From a virus (lineage: Duplodnaviria; Caudoviricetes), in IMG/VR virus record IMGVR_UViG_3300035501_000169, positions 1 through 64,000 of that record: DNA of 64,000 nt; one strand, written 5' to 3'. Made by a program: the position numbers and the translations under genes. Of the stretch, positions 9,981-20,573 are shown piece after piece. Numbering within the stretch: the stretch's first letter is position 1; each line of letters starts with the position of its first letter. Below the pieces are notes generated by a model. It was not told the origin of the DNA and searched no databases. It worked only from the letters and a program-made list of their open reading frames with translations.

Positions 9981-11246
9981 TTATTGATTTTGATTACCTT
10001 CATTACGATAATTGTTTCTCATATTTTCTTGTTGTTGAGTTTGTTCTTGTTGTTGTTGAGCATGAAGAGAACCACTAACAGCAATACGATATAAATCAAC
10101 AGCGTGTTTAAGAATATCAACGTGCATATATTCTGGGAGATTACAGTCCACATTTGTGCCACCTACGTCACTAGCATACTTGACAGTATCAGGTTTAGCT
10201 ATATATGACATACGGAGTTTATATGGTACTAAATTATTTGCCAAAACATATCGTTGAGAACCATTACTAGCAGTAACCTTAGTAAACTCGTCTATATACA
10301 AATCAAACGTATTATTATTATATGTTACAATAATAGGACTACGCAAACGATTTTTCAAAACAAAGTCATTTAAAGTATCTGCAAGATACGCATCATCAAT
10401 TATACGAACAGGAAAATAATTAGTTTCAATACTATCAGCATCAAAAGACGGCTGAATATAATCAACAGCTTTGCTAGAAGTATTTATAACTAACGGATTG
10501 TAAACTACAGGATTAGTATTAGTAGTAAATTCTTTAACTATTTGATAATGTTTTCCACCATATTGACTATCTTCACCTGTAGAATAAACTCCTTCAACTC
10601 CTAAATAATAAGAAGTATAACTGTCTTCAGTACAAACAAGTTTATCACCACTAACTTTGAATGTCATAGTTTCATAATTCTCTGTTACTACATTAAAACA
10701 TTCAACAGAAATTGTCTTTTCAATATCAATACCACTTTTAAGATAAGTGTTACTTCCTTGAATACAACCTTCAGGTGTTAATACACTATAAGTACCTTTA
10801 GAAGAAATAGAATCTTTACCCGTAAATCCTAGACGACCAGTAACTTTTTTATAATTAAGTGAAAAGTCAACAAGAAATAGGTAATTAGGAATAAGTTCAG
10901 AATTGTCAATTTTAGTAAAGTTAGTCGTCATACGACCAGTAAGTCTATCAGCAGAAGAAAAGTTAAAAGCTCTAGTTTCTTCAATGTTACTAGCTACTGG
11001 AGCCATATCAATAAATCCTACTTTATACAAAGTACGAAGAGCATTTATTTGACCAACTTTAGAATTATCTGTAATAACCCTATCGTTAGTTACACCAATA
11101 TTTTCTTTAAGTATCTGATTAATCGTATCTGTAATGCTTGTATTGATTAGCAAATCAATCTGCTCAGGCAGAATAGCACGCACATTTTGCATACCCATCT
11201 GCTGAGCATATTGACGAAACCAAGTGTGCATCTCTACAATAGTCAT
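9981..11246 (-). CDS. Head-tail ring/tubular protein (crAssphage gene 74-like)
   Basis: 421 aa. N-terminal PEQIDLLIN and C-terminal CNLPEYMHVDILKHAV typical of crAss ring proteins; synteny. Confidence 0.6.
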   Translation of the reverse strand: MTIVEMHTWFRQYAQQMGMQNVRAILPEQIDLLINTSITDTINQILKENIGVTNDRVITDNSKVGQINALRTLYKVGFIDMAPVASNIEETRAFNFSSADRLTGRMTTNFTKIDNSELIPNYLFLVDFSLNYKKVTGRLGFTGKDSISSKGTYSVLTPEGCIQGSNTYLKSGIDIEKTISVECFNVVTENYETMTFKVSGDKLVCTEDSYTSYYLGVEGVYSTGEDSQYGGKHYQIVKEFTTNTNPVVYNPLVINTSSKAVDYIQPSFDADSIETNYFPVRIIDDAYLADTLNDFVLKNRLRSPIIVTYNNNTFDLYIDEFTKVTASNGSQRYVLANNLVPYKLRMSYIAKPDTVKYASDVGGTNVDCNLPEYMHVDILKHAVDLYRIAVSGSLHAQQQQEQTQQQENMRNNYRNEGNQNQ

Positions 11247-11248
11247 AA

Positions 11249-12340
11249 TTAGAGCACTTTAAGTTTGTTTTCTAAAATAGTACGAAGGTCTTTATTATTA
11301 GGATTATTGAAATAAGCAACAGCTTCATTCATATTAGACCCTACAAAAGCACCATCCGCAGTTGATATTTGTTGGTTAAATTCGGCACGAACAAGTTCAC
11401 CTTTAACAATAAGAGTTTCGATGAATGCTTTAGTAACAATATTACTATCTTTAATCATCTTGTTAAACTTATCAGGAGAAGTATTAACAAAATCCATAAC
11501 AGCAGACATCTTTTCATTCTTATCTTTAAGAAGAGCTTCAGCAACATTCTCATTTCGTGATGCAACCATTGTAATATATAGAGCGTTAAACTTCTGGTCA
11601 GAAGCATTAAGTTCAACAAAATTACGCATAGCAGTAGCACGTTCTTGAGTAAGTTTTTTCTGCTTTTCAGCTTCTTTAGCTTCGTCTTTAATATAAAAAC
11701 GGAGAGAAGAATCACCATTAATCAAAGCAGGGTCTTTAGCTACATCTTTATAAAGAAGGCAATGACGATACATAAGATATTGCTCAAGATTAACAGGTTT
11801 TCCTACTTTATATTTTTCGCTTTCAAGGGCATTAAGAGCATCTACGCGACGCTTAACTGCTTCACGAATACGAACAGTATTAGACCTATCAGTCTTAGCA
11901 TATTCTTCATCAATAGCCTCTTCTCTAGATTTGAAATCAAGATAATCTCTCTTAGTTTTATAAATGAAAGAAATATCTAAAGCAACATCGTTATCATTTA
12001 CAATGAACTGAATGTTACTAAGCCAAGCTTTAACACGAGTAATAAAATCTGGATTATTAGGAGAAAGTCCAATAAGAGCAGGAAAATAAGCTTTTACTTC
12101 ACCTTCATTAGAAGATAAAACTCGACAAGAAGTAATCGAACTACCAATAGTTTCTTTACGTTGTCCAAGAACTTTCATATTAGCTTTACGATAATTTGAA
12201 TAGTTATGAACAAGGCTAATAGTAATACTTCTTGTATCAAGATATTCTTTATCTAAATCTTCATCAGCAACTGCCGGTTTATTGGCAACTCCTGTAGGAA
12301 CTTTAATTGAACTTCCGTCAGTAGGTTTTAATGTATCCAT
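11249..12340 (-). CDS. Conserved crAss capsid-block protein (gene 75-like)
   Basis: 363 aa, directly downstream of MCP. Confidence 0.6.
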   Translation of the reverse strand: MDTLKPTDGSSIKVPTGVANKPAVADEDLDKEYLDTRSITISLVHNYSNYRKANMKVLGQRKETIGSSITSCRVLSSNEGEVKAYFPALIGLSPNNPDFITRVKAWLSNIQFIVNDNDVALDISFIYKTKRDYLDFKSREEAIDEEYAKTDRSNTVRIREAVKRRVDALNALESEKYKVGKPVNLEQYLMYRHCLLYKDVAKDPALINGDSSLRFYIKDEAKEAEKQKKLTQERATAMRNFVELNASDQKFNALYITMVASRNENVAEALLKDKNEKMSAVMDFVNTSPDKFNKMIKDSNIVTKAFIETLIVKGELVRAEFNQQISTADGAFVGSNMNEAVAYFNNPNNKDLRTILENKLKVL

Positions 12341-12369
12341 AGTTCTATTATTTTATCCATTATTATTAA

Positions 12370-13845
12370 TTAGAGTACGCACTTCAATTGCAACATCTTA
12401 GTAGCGTTATTTACTTGCAAGCCATAGCTATTCTTAATTTCATAACGTGACATATCAATCTCGGTAGAAATAGAATTAGTAGGAACTGCGCCCCAAGATG
12501 CAGGAATATCAGTAAGACCTTTCAGAACACCACATTTATAAATTTGACCTTTCTGACGAACTTTACGAACATTACGAACACCTTGATAAGTTGACATATC
12601 AATAAGGAAAGCTTGATGAGATGTCATAGGACGACCAGAACGAGGATGAATCATACCATTAGCTTTGGCATTTTCAGCAAGAGTACCATGGTCAAGGAAA
12701 GGAAGATGTTGAACAGTGATAATGTGATTATCAACAGTCTTATAACGACGGAAGTATTTACCATAAGAAAGACCACCATTGAAATCTTCAATCATCTTGT
12801 CACCAAGAGGAGTAGCAAAACCTTCAGAACGAGCATCATTACGAATAGCTTGGTCAAAGTCCTCCATAAAGCCTTTACCACCAGCAAGAACTACTTCCAT
12901 AGTACCTGTATCGGTATCTTTATCAAGAACATCACCAATACTACGTTCAATTTTATTCAAGGTAAGAACTTCACCATAAGTATCATAGTTAGATTCGCGA
13001 CAAATCTGCATCATACCTGCAGTATGAGGAATAGGTTGACCATTATCAGGGTCTACAAGAAGAACTTCACCATTTTCATTACGGTTATATTCAGCCAACC
13101 AAAGACGCTCTTCATCCATAATACGACAAGTAATATCATGTTGACGCATCTCTTCATTAATCCAAAGGTTAGTAGTACCACCACCTTTAGTCTTAAACTC
13201 ATAAGTTACAACAACATTAGAAATATTACCAGCAATTTCTTTAGAATAACGGTGGAACTCAAGTTGACTTGTCATCTTACCAGGACCCATAACATTACTT
13301 CTATTACCTTTAGAATAACTTTCACTAATGGTAGGAGCAGTCATAGACCAATATTTACCAACAGCAAGATTTTCAAGGTCAACAAAAGCATTAGGATCAG
13401 GATTGGTAAGTTTAAGACGATAAAGATAACCACCATGAGGACCTTCACCAAGGTCTTTCATAATACGAACCTGAGTAACACCATCAGGAGCAATAAGACC
13501 ATACTGTTCAATAAGCCAATGAGTAGCAAATTCAACATCAAACATAGCACCACCTTTACCAGGAGTAGTATTTGCTGTATTGAAGTAACGAACATAATCA
13601 TTAAACTTCATTCGACCCATAGTCTTCCAAGTCCATTGAACAGTTGCAATATCAACAACACCAGCACTACCTTGACCTTCAGTAAGGAATGTTAGAGGAA
13701 AACGGTCATCATCCATACCGTAAGTATAAGTAAGGATGTTATTAATTTCCTCTGGTTTAGATAGCATAAGATGAGCAATGGTTTCTTCATTAGAATAACC
13801 ACGGTCATCATAGTTACCACGAGATACTTCTCTAAGTTTGTACAT
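12370..13845 (-). CDS. Major capsid protein
   Basis: 491 aa with crAss MCP-like motifs (FPLTFLTEG, ITVQHLPFLDHG); position after portal and gene 77-like. Confidence 0.9.
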   Translation of the reverse strand: MYKLREVSRGNYDDRGYSNEETIAHLMLSKPEEINNILTYTYGMDDDRFPLTFLTEGQGSAGVVDIATVQWTWKTMGRMKFNDYVRYFNTANTTPGKGGAMFDVEFATHWLIEQYGLIAPDGVTQVRIMKDLGEGPHGGYLYRLKLTNPDPNAFVDLENLAVGKYWSMTAPTISESYSKGNRSNVMGPGKMTSQLEFHRYSKEIAGNISNVVVTYEFKTKGGGTTNLWINEEMRQHDITCRIMDEERLWLAEYNRNENGEVLLVDPDNGQPIPHTAGMMQICRESNYDTYGEVLTLNKIERSIGDVLDKDTDTGTMEVVLAGGKGFMEDFDQAIRNDARSEGFATPLGDKMIEDFNGGLSYGKYFRRYKTVDNHIITVQHLPFLDHGTLAENAKANGMIHPRSGRPMTSHQAFLIDMSTYQGVRNVRKVRQKGQIYKCGVLKGLTDIPASWGAVPTNSISTEIDMSRYEIKNSYGLQVNNATKMLQLKCVL

Positions 13846-13881
13846 AATTACGTAACTAAAAGAAATTAAACATTAAATTGA

Positions 13882-15174
13882 TTATAAAATAATATCATCA
13901 ATACTTGATTTACGAGAAGGGTTTTTAATAACCTTAACAGACTTAGTAGAACGTTGTTCTTTTGACTTAACACGCAGTTGACGAACTTTCTCTTCTTTAA
14001 CTGCCATATCAATTAAATTTTTATACGTTCCACCCGTAAACATAAGCCAAGCGTCAAGTATTTCACGAGTGAGATATTCATCATCAGAAAGTTTACTAAG
14101 GTCATACTGATAACCAGTAAGACGTTCACCACTTTCAGTTTCTTTAGGATTAGAAAGATAAGCAAAGAAATCGTTAGGAGTAACTACAACTTTTTTACCA
14201 TCAACTTCTTTAGTAAAGCTTTCAGGTATTTTGTAACCTCCAATTACACGACCTTCTACAACTTTATTAACTCTATCCCAATAATCAGCAACTTCTTTTT
14301 GTTGCTGTTCACGTTTTTCTTGTGCTTTAGTTTCAATATCTTTACGAGTTGCAGCATCTTTTTCAACTAATGCTTGAAGCTGACTTTTAGCCTCATCGTA
14401 AAGACTTCCACTATCACGAAGATATTTAATATAATTGTCGTTAAGACTTTTGTTACCAAATTCTTGTGCAGCCATACGAATAACAGCAACAAGTTGGTTT
14501 TCATTATCTTTATCAAGTTTAATACCACTACGGTCAGGTATTTCACCAAAACCTCTAGGAGTACCATTAAGTTCTACATAATCCTGAAATTGTTTAAGTA
14601 GAGGATTATCAGAATAAAGGCGGTTAACTGCTGCATCTTGAAGTTCTTTAGAACGAAGTTCGATAACAGCATCAACATACGATTTAACACCTGCTACATC
14701 ATTAGTAAACTCGATAGGTTTACCAGCTTCATCAGTTACTGTAACTCCAAGTTCTTTCTGAAGAGAATTAATATCAAGACTAGAATCAGAACCATCAGTT
14801 TCTTCAACTTCTACAGATTTAAGCCATTCAGCTACATCTTTAGCCTCTTTAAATACTTTTCCTTCAGCATCAACAATATCTCCATTTTCAGCAACCGTAT
14901 AAGTATTACCGTCTACTTCAATAGAATCTCCAGCTGCAAGCTCCCCCGTAGGAGGATCTGCGTTGTTATCATTCGCTGTATCAGAATTATCAGCAGGCGG
15001 AGTATTATTAGAATCACCGTCTTTGCTAGTAATATCATCAGCATTACCACCGTTAAGATGAGTCTTATCATCTTGATTGCTTTCACCACCGCCATTATTC
15101 GCAGGGTTCTGTACAGTATCAGAATTATTTCCTTGAATAACTGTACTTCCAAAATCAATATCAGCTGTTGGCAT
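13882..15174 (-). CDS. Acidic protein upstream of MCP (gene 77-like, putative scaffold)
   Basis: 430 aa, disordered acidic N-terminus and coiled-coil C-terminus; synteny. Confidence 0.65.
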   Translation of the reverse strand: MPTADIDFGSTVIQGNNSDTVQNPANNGGGESNQDDKTHLNGGNADDITSKDGDSNNTPPADNSDTANDNNADPPTGELAAGDSIEVDGNTYTVAENGDIVDAEGKVFKEAKDVAEWLKSVEVEETDGSDSSLDINSLQKELGVTVTDEAGKPIEFTNDVAGVKSYVDAVIELRSKELQDAAVNRLYSDNPLLKQFQDYVELNGTPRGFGEIPDRSGIKLDKDNENQLVAVIRMAAQEFGNKSLNDNYIKYLRDSGSLYDEAKSQLQALVEKDAATRKDIETKAQEKREQQQKEVADYWDRVNKVVEGRVIGGYKIPESFTKEVDGKKVVVTPNDFFAYLSNPKETESGERLTGYQYDLSKLSDDEYLTREILDAWLMFTGGTYKNLIDMAVKEEKVRQLRVKSKEQRSTKSVKVIKNPSRKSSIDDIIL

Positions 15175-15222
15175 AATTTTACTATTAGTTTTATTATTAA
15201 TTTATGTATTAACCTAATATCA

Positions 15223-15254
15223 CAAAGATAATTACTTTTATTTCAAATGACAAA
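15223..15254 (-). promoter_or_regulatory. Bacteroidota sigma-type promoter for the capsid operon
   Basis: Minus strand TTTG - 20 nt - TATCTTTG matches the -33/-7 consensus TTTG/TAnnTTTG. Confidence 0.7.
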
Positions 15255-15388
15255 ATAAATTTGAATATTTTTATCAAGATTATTATTAGGTGTGTCATTT
15301 GTTATATTATTACTGCCAAGTGTATATTCTTTATCTCGGACTAAATAGTAATTTGTAGCCGTACTTGTAAGTAAATGTAACATAATGT

Positions 15389-15476
15389 GCCTAATTTATA
15401 GCCTATTTTGCCGTATGTTGGACTTTTATATATGAATTGAAGAACTCTATATTAAGTTGTTAAATTGAGCTGAAAT
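15389..15476 (+). repeat. Degenerate 87-88 bp intergenic element, copy A
   Basis: GCCTAATTT...TGTTGGACTTTT...TTGA...TAAA...CTGAAAT; aligns with copies at 29483, 43556 and 51336. Confidence 0.65.
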
Positions 15477-15504
15477 CTAATAAAAATATTTTAAGTTTAA
15501 TAAT

Positions 15505-15545
15505 CTTGTCCTCACCTTAATCATTATAATCAAAATGAGGACAAG
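15505..15545 (-). terminator. Stem-loop ending the portal transcript unit
   Basis: CTTGTCCTCA...TGAGGACAAG 10-bp stem; weak U-tract. Confidence 0.55.
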
Positions 15546-15566
15546 GAGTAGTTTGGGAATGCACTA
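15544..15566. repeat. 23-bp exact duplicate of recT-like coding sequence 37106-37128
   Basis: AGGAGTAGTTTGGGAATGCACTA is identical at both places. Confidence 0.95.
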
Positions 15567-15872
15567 CTATGTTATTATCATAAATAAGATGAATTTAACA
15601 ATATAAGCAAGATAACCTGCAAGAATTTCTTTAAAATCAAAACCATCATATTCTATTTTATCATTAATCTCTTTTCCAAAGAGAGCAAGAGATGTGACAA
15701 CAAAAGAAACAATAATAGTCCAGATAGTTCCAAGTTGAAGCATTGTAGAAACACTAATAGCAATGTCTGCTATAAGATATGCTGCAACAAAATGTAGAAG
15801 TTTATCTTTATTAACTCTACTAATCCAAAAACATATACTACTTATCATATTTATTCTTATTAGTTTTAGCAA
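15567..15872 (-). CDS. Small membrane protein (probable start ~15848)
   Basis: DKLLHFVAAY...ALFGKEIND...FDFKEILAG with hydrophobic helices. Confidence 0.7.
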   Translation of the reverse strand: MLKLIRINMISSICFWISRVNKDKLLHFVAAYLIADIAISVSTMLQLGTIWTIIVSFVVTSLALFGKEINDKIEYDGFDFKEILAGYLAYIVKFILFMIIT

Positions 15873-18252
15873 TCTTTAAATCATTTTTCATTTCTTCACG
15901 TTTAATTTGTCTATCAGCAGCCTTACTATAAGTATCTGCATATAGTTTTTCACGTTCAAGTTGCAGACGCTGTTGTTCAATAAGATGTTTATTTCTTTCA
16001 GCATCAGCTTGAAGTCTTGTCTTAGCTCCATCATCTTGAGAAGGAGTAGCAAGCAAAGACATATCAACATCAATATATTTAAGTTGAAGTTCATATTGAT
16101 ATTGAAGTTCTTTAGTAAGTCGGTCTTGTTCTCCTTTAGCTTGAATTTCTCTAAGTTTATTTTCAATCTCTTCTTGTTTCAACATTTGTTCTGCTTGTTG
16201 CATTTGTTCTTCATGCTGACGTTTAATATCCATAAACTTTTGAACAGTAGCTTTTATTTGAGAAACATTATCACCAGATATGGCAGCAAGAGCCATATCA
16301 AGGTCACCATTCTGAGCAGCACTAAATGCCCATTGACGAAGTTGTTGAACTTTATCAAGTTCTTTAGCATCATTTCTTACTGTAGTACAATAATCAGAAC
16401 TTACAAAAGAATCAACATCAAGACTTAGATAACGACGTTTACCAAGTTCATCCCAATAAGAAGTATCAAGACCATCAACAAAAGCAAGTTTGCAATAATC
16501 CAAATCTCTATTATAATCAGCCTTACGGAACTCATCAAACATTTGAACAAGAATAACCATACCCATAGAAGAACGACTAATAGCTTCTTGAGTAGTAGCA
16601 GCGCCGGCAGATTGAGCAATATCACCATAACGCTGCATATTCATATCAACCATTTCACGAGCTTCAAGTTTAACAGACTCCATAAGATTAGTAAGTTGAG
16701 TAATGTAATCACCCATGTTAGCATTAAGAAGTCTAATCTGTTGCGCCTTTAAAGAATTAGTATCTTCAGAATCATCAATAAATAAAACTCCGTCAGCAGC
16801 CATTTTATAAATCTTATCTTCTGTATCAGAAGCAACAAGAGATTCAGGTAATAGGAGTATTAGCATTTTATTCTTTGCTATTACCATTTCTCTGTGATAA
16901 GCAAATATGTTTCTCATTACTTGATAAGGAGTAACAAGTTTAATAATACTGAATTTACCCATCATAGGAAGAACTTCCATAATACCATTATAAGGAAGTT
17001 TACCATTACGATTAAAAGCAATAGGTCTAGCTTTAATAGGATAAATAGAAGTATAACGATGACCTATACGATAACCTTCATAAACTTGAGGTTCGTAAGT
17101 CCATTCAATATCTATATCTCCAGCTTCTTTATTTAATTCATAATCTTCTTCAACTACACGAGTAGTAACCATTCCTAGTTCATTAACATAACTAAGAATG
17201 CCACGTTTAGCTTCACCTCTCCAAACAACGTGCCAAACTTCATATAGCTGATTATTATCTTGAGCTATAACAACAGGTTCGCGTTTAAACATATCTCTTT
17301 CTTCTTTTGAAAACTTTTCACAAACATCAGGATAAGTTTCAAAAAGTTGAGTCCAATTGAGTTTAGATATACCCCCATTAGCAGTAGCTCTACCATAATG
17401 ATTCTCAAGAAAATATTTATCTTTTTCAGAAAGGGTATCATCAAACATATCCATAATTTGTTGATAAGACATCAGCATCCTACGGGCGAACATATCATGG
17501 TCTTCAACAAAATAATTAGAATTAGGAATAGGAAAAGCTTCAACTACAGGAACATTTTCTTTAAATAGTTTATCTCCTCTAACATCAGAATAAGAGTAAC
17601 ATTCACCAAGAGAAACAAAGTTAAAGAAAGCAGAAAGATAAATAATATTATCTTGTGTCATAGAACGAACATAGTCAAGAATGTCTTGACCTTGTTTACT
17701 TTCTTCATCAATATATTTCTCATTAAATTCTTGAATAAATTGTTCAGGGTCAGGCATAGCTTGTTGAGGGTCAATAGTACGAGGATCTTGACCTTGTTGT
17801 TGAGCATTTTGAACAAGTTGTTGATATTGTTTTTCAAATTCTTGTTGAAACGCTTGTTGAGCAAGTTCTCCAATCTTTTCTTTAAGTTTAGCATTTTTCT
17901 TAATGATAATATCTGGATTATTTGCACCAACTACAAATTCATGAACACCTTTAAAATATTCAGAAACATACCTACGAATAATATCTGACATAATATCAAG
18001 ATTACGCATAGTAGCAGGAAACCTTTGATATTTCTCATTATTACTATTATAAGGATTTAAAGTTTTCTTATAAAAAGAATTAGGTATGTCACCACGTAGA
18101 ATTGATAGTTTGAGTTCTGTATCAGTTCTATCATTAAAACTAAGACCAGCATCAATTACATAGTCAATGCAATTAGCATACCAATCGGCTTTTTTCTTTT
18201 CAGCACCACTAACTCTTTGTTGAGGAAAAGTGGCATTATAATTAGGCATCAT
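15838..18252 (-). CDS. Portal protein
   Basis: 804 aa following TerL; FPQQRV...KKADW N-terminus and coiled-coil C-terminus typical of crAss portals. Confidence 0.9.
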   Translation of the reverse strand: MMPNYNATFPQQRVSGAEKKKADWYANCIDYVIDAGLSFNDRTDTELKLSILRGDIPNSFYKKTLNPYNSNNEKYQRFPATMRNLDIMSDIIRRYVSEYFKGVHEFVVGANNPDIIIKKNAKLKEKIGELAQQAFQQEFEKQYQQLVQNAQQQGQDPRTIDPQQAMPDPEQFIQEFNEKYIDEESKQGQDILDYVRSMTQDNIIYLSAFFNFVSLGECYSYSDVRGDKLFKENVPVVEAFPIPNSNYFVEDHDMFARRMLMSYQQIMDMFDDTLSEKDKYFLENHYGRATANGGISKLNWTQLFETYPDVCEKFSKEERDMFKREPVVIAQDNNQLYEVWHVVWRGEAKRGILSYVNELGMVTTRVVEEDYELNKEAGDIDIEWTYEPQVYEGYRIGHRYTSIYPIKARPIAFNRNGKLPYNGIMEVLPMMGKFSIIKLVTPYQVMRNIFAYHREMVIAKNKMLILLLPESLVASDTEDKIYKMAADGVLFIDDSEDTNSLKAQQIRLLNANMGDYITQLTNLMESVKLEAREMVDMNMQRYGDIAQSAGAATTQEAISRSSMGMVILVQMFDEFRKADYNRDLDYCKLAFVDGLDTSYWDELGKRRYLSLDVDSFVSSDYCTTVRNDAKELDKVQQLRQWAFSAAQNGDLDMALAAISGDNVSQIKATVQKFMDIKRQHEEQMQQAEQMLKQEEIENKLREIQAKGEQDRLTKELQYQYELQLKYIDVDMSLLATPSQDDGAKTRLQADAERNKHLIEQQRLQLEREKLYADTYSKAADRQIKREEMKNDLKIAKTNKNKYDK

Positions 18253-18286
18253 AATTTAATATGTATTATATGATTTACTATTATTT

Positions 18287-20572
18287 TCAAAACCAATCTC
18301 TTTTCATTATGTGTTGAGAATATCCGTCATCTTCTTTGACTTTTTTACGATGAGCAAGTTCTTTAGCAGCTTCTATATCACAAAGCCTCCATTGAAGTGC
18401 TCGTATAATCATTTCAGAAACACGGTCAAAGTTACCAAGTGCGTTCCATTTTTTAAGTTCAAGAATAGATTGATAATCATATATAGTTTGAAAAAGATAA
18501 ACATCATTTCCTAAATCATCTTTACCTATAACAGAATAAAGCATTTCTTTTAGCAAACGAAGTCCTTCAAGTTTCTTATTTCCATCACCCATATTAACAC
18601 CATAAGTAGATACAATATTACCTTTAATACTAGTATCCCAAATTTCAACAGGGTCTTTCATAAGATATTTAAGAGCTTTCCATTTAGTGAAATTACTTAC
18701 AGTTTCACCTCGGTTAATTTCAACTCCAGTAGTTCCAATACAATTATAGTATTTAGCTAGAAGTAAACAAACTTTATCAGCTTCTTCAAGCTTTTCAGGT
18801 CTACCATAATAAGCACAAACTAAAGCAGTTTTAAAACCATTATACTGACAAGGGTTCATCCAAACTTTAATAGAGTTATGAGAATGCTTATTAGTAATAA
18901 GTTTGTTTTCTTTATTAACACCTACAGGGTCATAACTTATAGAATACAATCCGGGAGGTGTTCCAGTAGTTTGTTTTCCATTTTTATCAGTATAAGGAAT
19001 ATGCATTGGATTAAACCATTTACGAATACATCCATGTGGATGTTCGTGTCCTTTACGAGGAACACCTTCAATCCAATCCCAATAATCAACATTAAGTTTT
19101 CCGCCTTCAGCTTCTATACGAGCATTAGTTTTAAATTCTACTTTGCCATTATTTTCAAACAGCCAACCATCATTATAAAATTTAAAACTATTATCAGTTC
19201 TTAGACGTTCTTCCCAAGCCATAAGTTCTTCACTACTAAATAAATTTTCTGTAGCAGAACTAAAAGACTCAGCAGGCATAATAGCATATTGTCCAAGATA
19301 ATTTATATAATCAGCAAAAGTTTTAGATGTAGCTTTCTTATGTTGTCTTTCTGCAAAAGCAATACGAAGACCAAGTTCCAAATCAGAATTGCCATCTTCA
19401 TCCATAGCATATCTATCTCCAATCTGACCTTGAAGTCCCCAAGCATAACTTTTAAAATATCCACAAATTTCATTACGACAATCTTTATCCCAAACATTTT
19501 CAAAAGGCATAAAACCGAATGATTTTGGAGAATAAAAGTTTTGTTCAAAAACTTGCATATTACCAGAAGTAGCAGTACCCCAACAAAATAGATTACCAGT
19601 AACATAACTACCAGTTCTCATTGCCGGCTCTGTTACAGCCATAAAATCATCAAAGTTTTCCATAGTAGAAAGCTCTTCAACTTTAACATTAACAGCATCT
19701 TTACCAATAGCACAATCAGGATTGTTCATTGCAGATACACTAAACAATGCAGAGTTCCAAGCTTTAGGAGAAACAACACCATTAGGAAGTTTAAAACCTA
19801 AACGGAAGTTTTCTTTATCAGTAGAAAGAATACCTTTTACAAAAGGAGTTTTAGTTTCATAGAAACGAAGGTTGTTAATAGTAAAATCAGTCAAGCCACC
19901 AGTAGAAGTAAGATATTTCTTATCAGCAGCAACATGAATTTGTACTTTACGAGGTTGAAGATTTATAGTATTAGCACTACTAGAAGCCATAATGTAAGAG
20001 AAACCTCCACGACGAGTTTTATCTATAATAAGATGAAAACCATTTCGTATAGCAAATTCCATTACATGAAATGTCCAAAATTGAGCATCAATAAATTTAC
20101 TAAAATCATAATGCTTAGAACCTACACTAGCTTTATTGCTAGACTTAGCTGTCTTAGTATCAAGCTGTTCCATCATAGTATAATTTAGAAAATTATAATG
20201 GTCACCGGTAATTCTAATATCATAAATTTTACCATTACGTAGAAGACAAGGAGCACTAAGTCCATGTCTTCTACGATATTCTTCTCTCTTTCTAAGTTGA
20301 CGATGAGGAATAGAATCTTCTTTATAGAAAGTATATGTTTTATTCTTTCTATAAAAATCAGCCATCTCGGTAAAAAGATGAGTACTTATAAATTTATCAT
20401 CTGGCTGAATATTTAGAAGAAAACCTCCACTATCTCCAACAAGAAATAGATTATCAGGGTCGTCATATCCAGCTTCAGTTGCTGTTTTATAATGACTTTT
20501 ATCTTCTTTAATGTAATTAAGGAAAGGATAATTACGAATAACCTCTTCTACATTCGTTTCAAGTTTTGCCAT
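18287..20572 (-). CDS. terL: Terminase large subunit
   Basis: 761 aa. Walker A-like KTRRGGFS, Walker B VKVEE, nuclease domain ISYDP ... GNFDRV. Confidence 0.92.
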   Translation of the reverse strand: MAKLETNVEEVIRNYPFLNYIKEDKSHYKTATEAGYDDPDNLFLVGDSGGFLLNIQPDDKFISTHLFTEMADFYRKNKTYTFYKEDSIPHRQLRKREEYRRRHGLSAPCLLRNGKIYDIRITGDHYNFLNYTMMEQLDTKTAKSSNKASVGSKHYDFSKFIDAQFWTFHVMEFAIRNGFHLIIDKTRRGGFSYIMASSSANTINLQPRKVQIHVAADKKYLTSTGGLTDFTINNLRFYETKTPFVKGILSTDKENFRLGFKLPNGVVSPKAWNSALFSVSAMNNPDCAIGKDAVNVKVEELSTMENFDDFMAVTEPAMRTGSYVTGNLFCWGTATSGNMQVFEQNFYSPKSFGFMPFENVWDKDCRNEICGYFKSYAWGLQGQIGDRYAMDEDGNSDLELGLRIAFAERQHKKATSKTFADYINYLGQYAIMPAESFSSATENLFSSEELMAWEERLRTDNSFKFYNDGWLFENNGKVEFKTNARIEAEGGKLNVDYWDWIEGVPRKGHEHPHGCIRKWFNPMHIPYTDKNGKQTTGTPPGLYSISYDPVGVNKENKLITNKHSHNSIKVWMNPCQYNGFKTALVCAYYGRPEKLEEADKVCLLLAKYYNCIGTTGVEINRGETVSNFTKWKALKYLMKDPVEIWDTSIKGNIVSTYGVNMGDGNKKLEGLRLLKEMLYSVIGKDDLGNDVYLFQTIYDYQSILELKKWNALGNFDRVSEMIIRALQWRLCDIEAAKELAHRKKVKEDDGYSQHIMKRDWF

Positions 20573-20573
20573 A

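Noticed and set aside
12613-13695. Long antisense ORFs (also 14638-15231, 37869-38498, 38714-39670 and many shorter ones)
   Set aside because: These are shadow frames opposite strongly codon-biased real genes and carry no recognisable motifs.
10815-14040. Weak CCCGTAAA look-alikes of the dispersed motif near 10818 and 14033
   Set aside because: Too many mismatches to count as copies.
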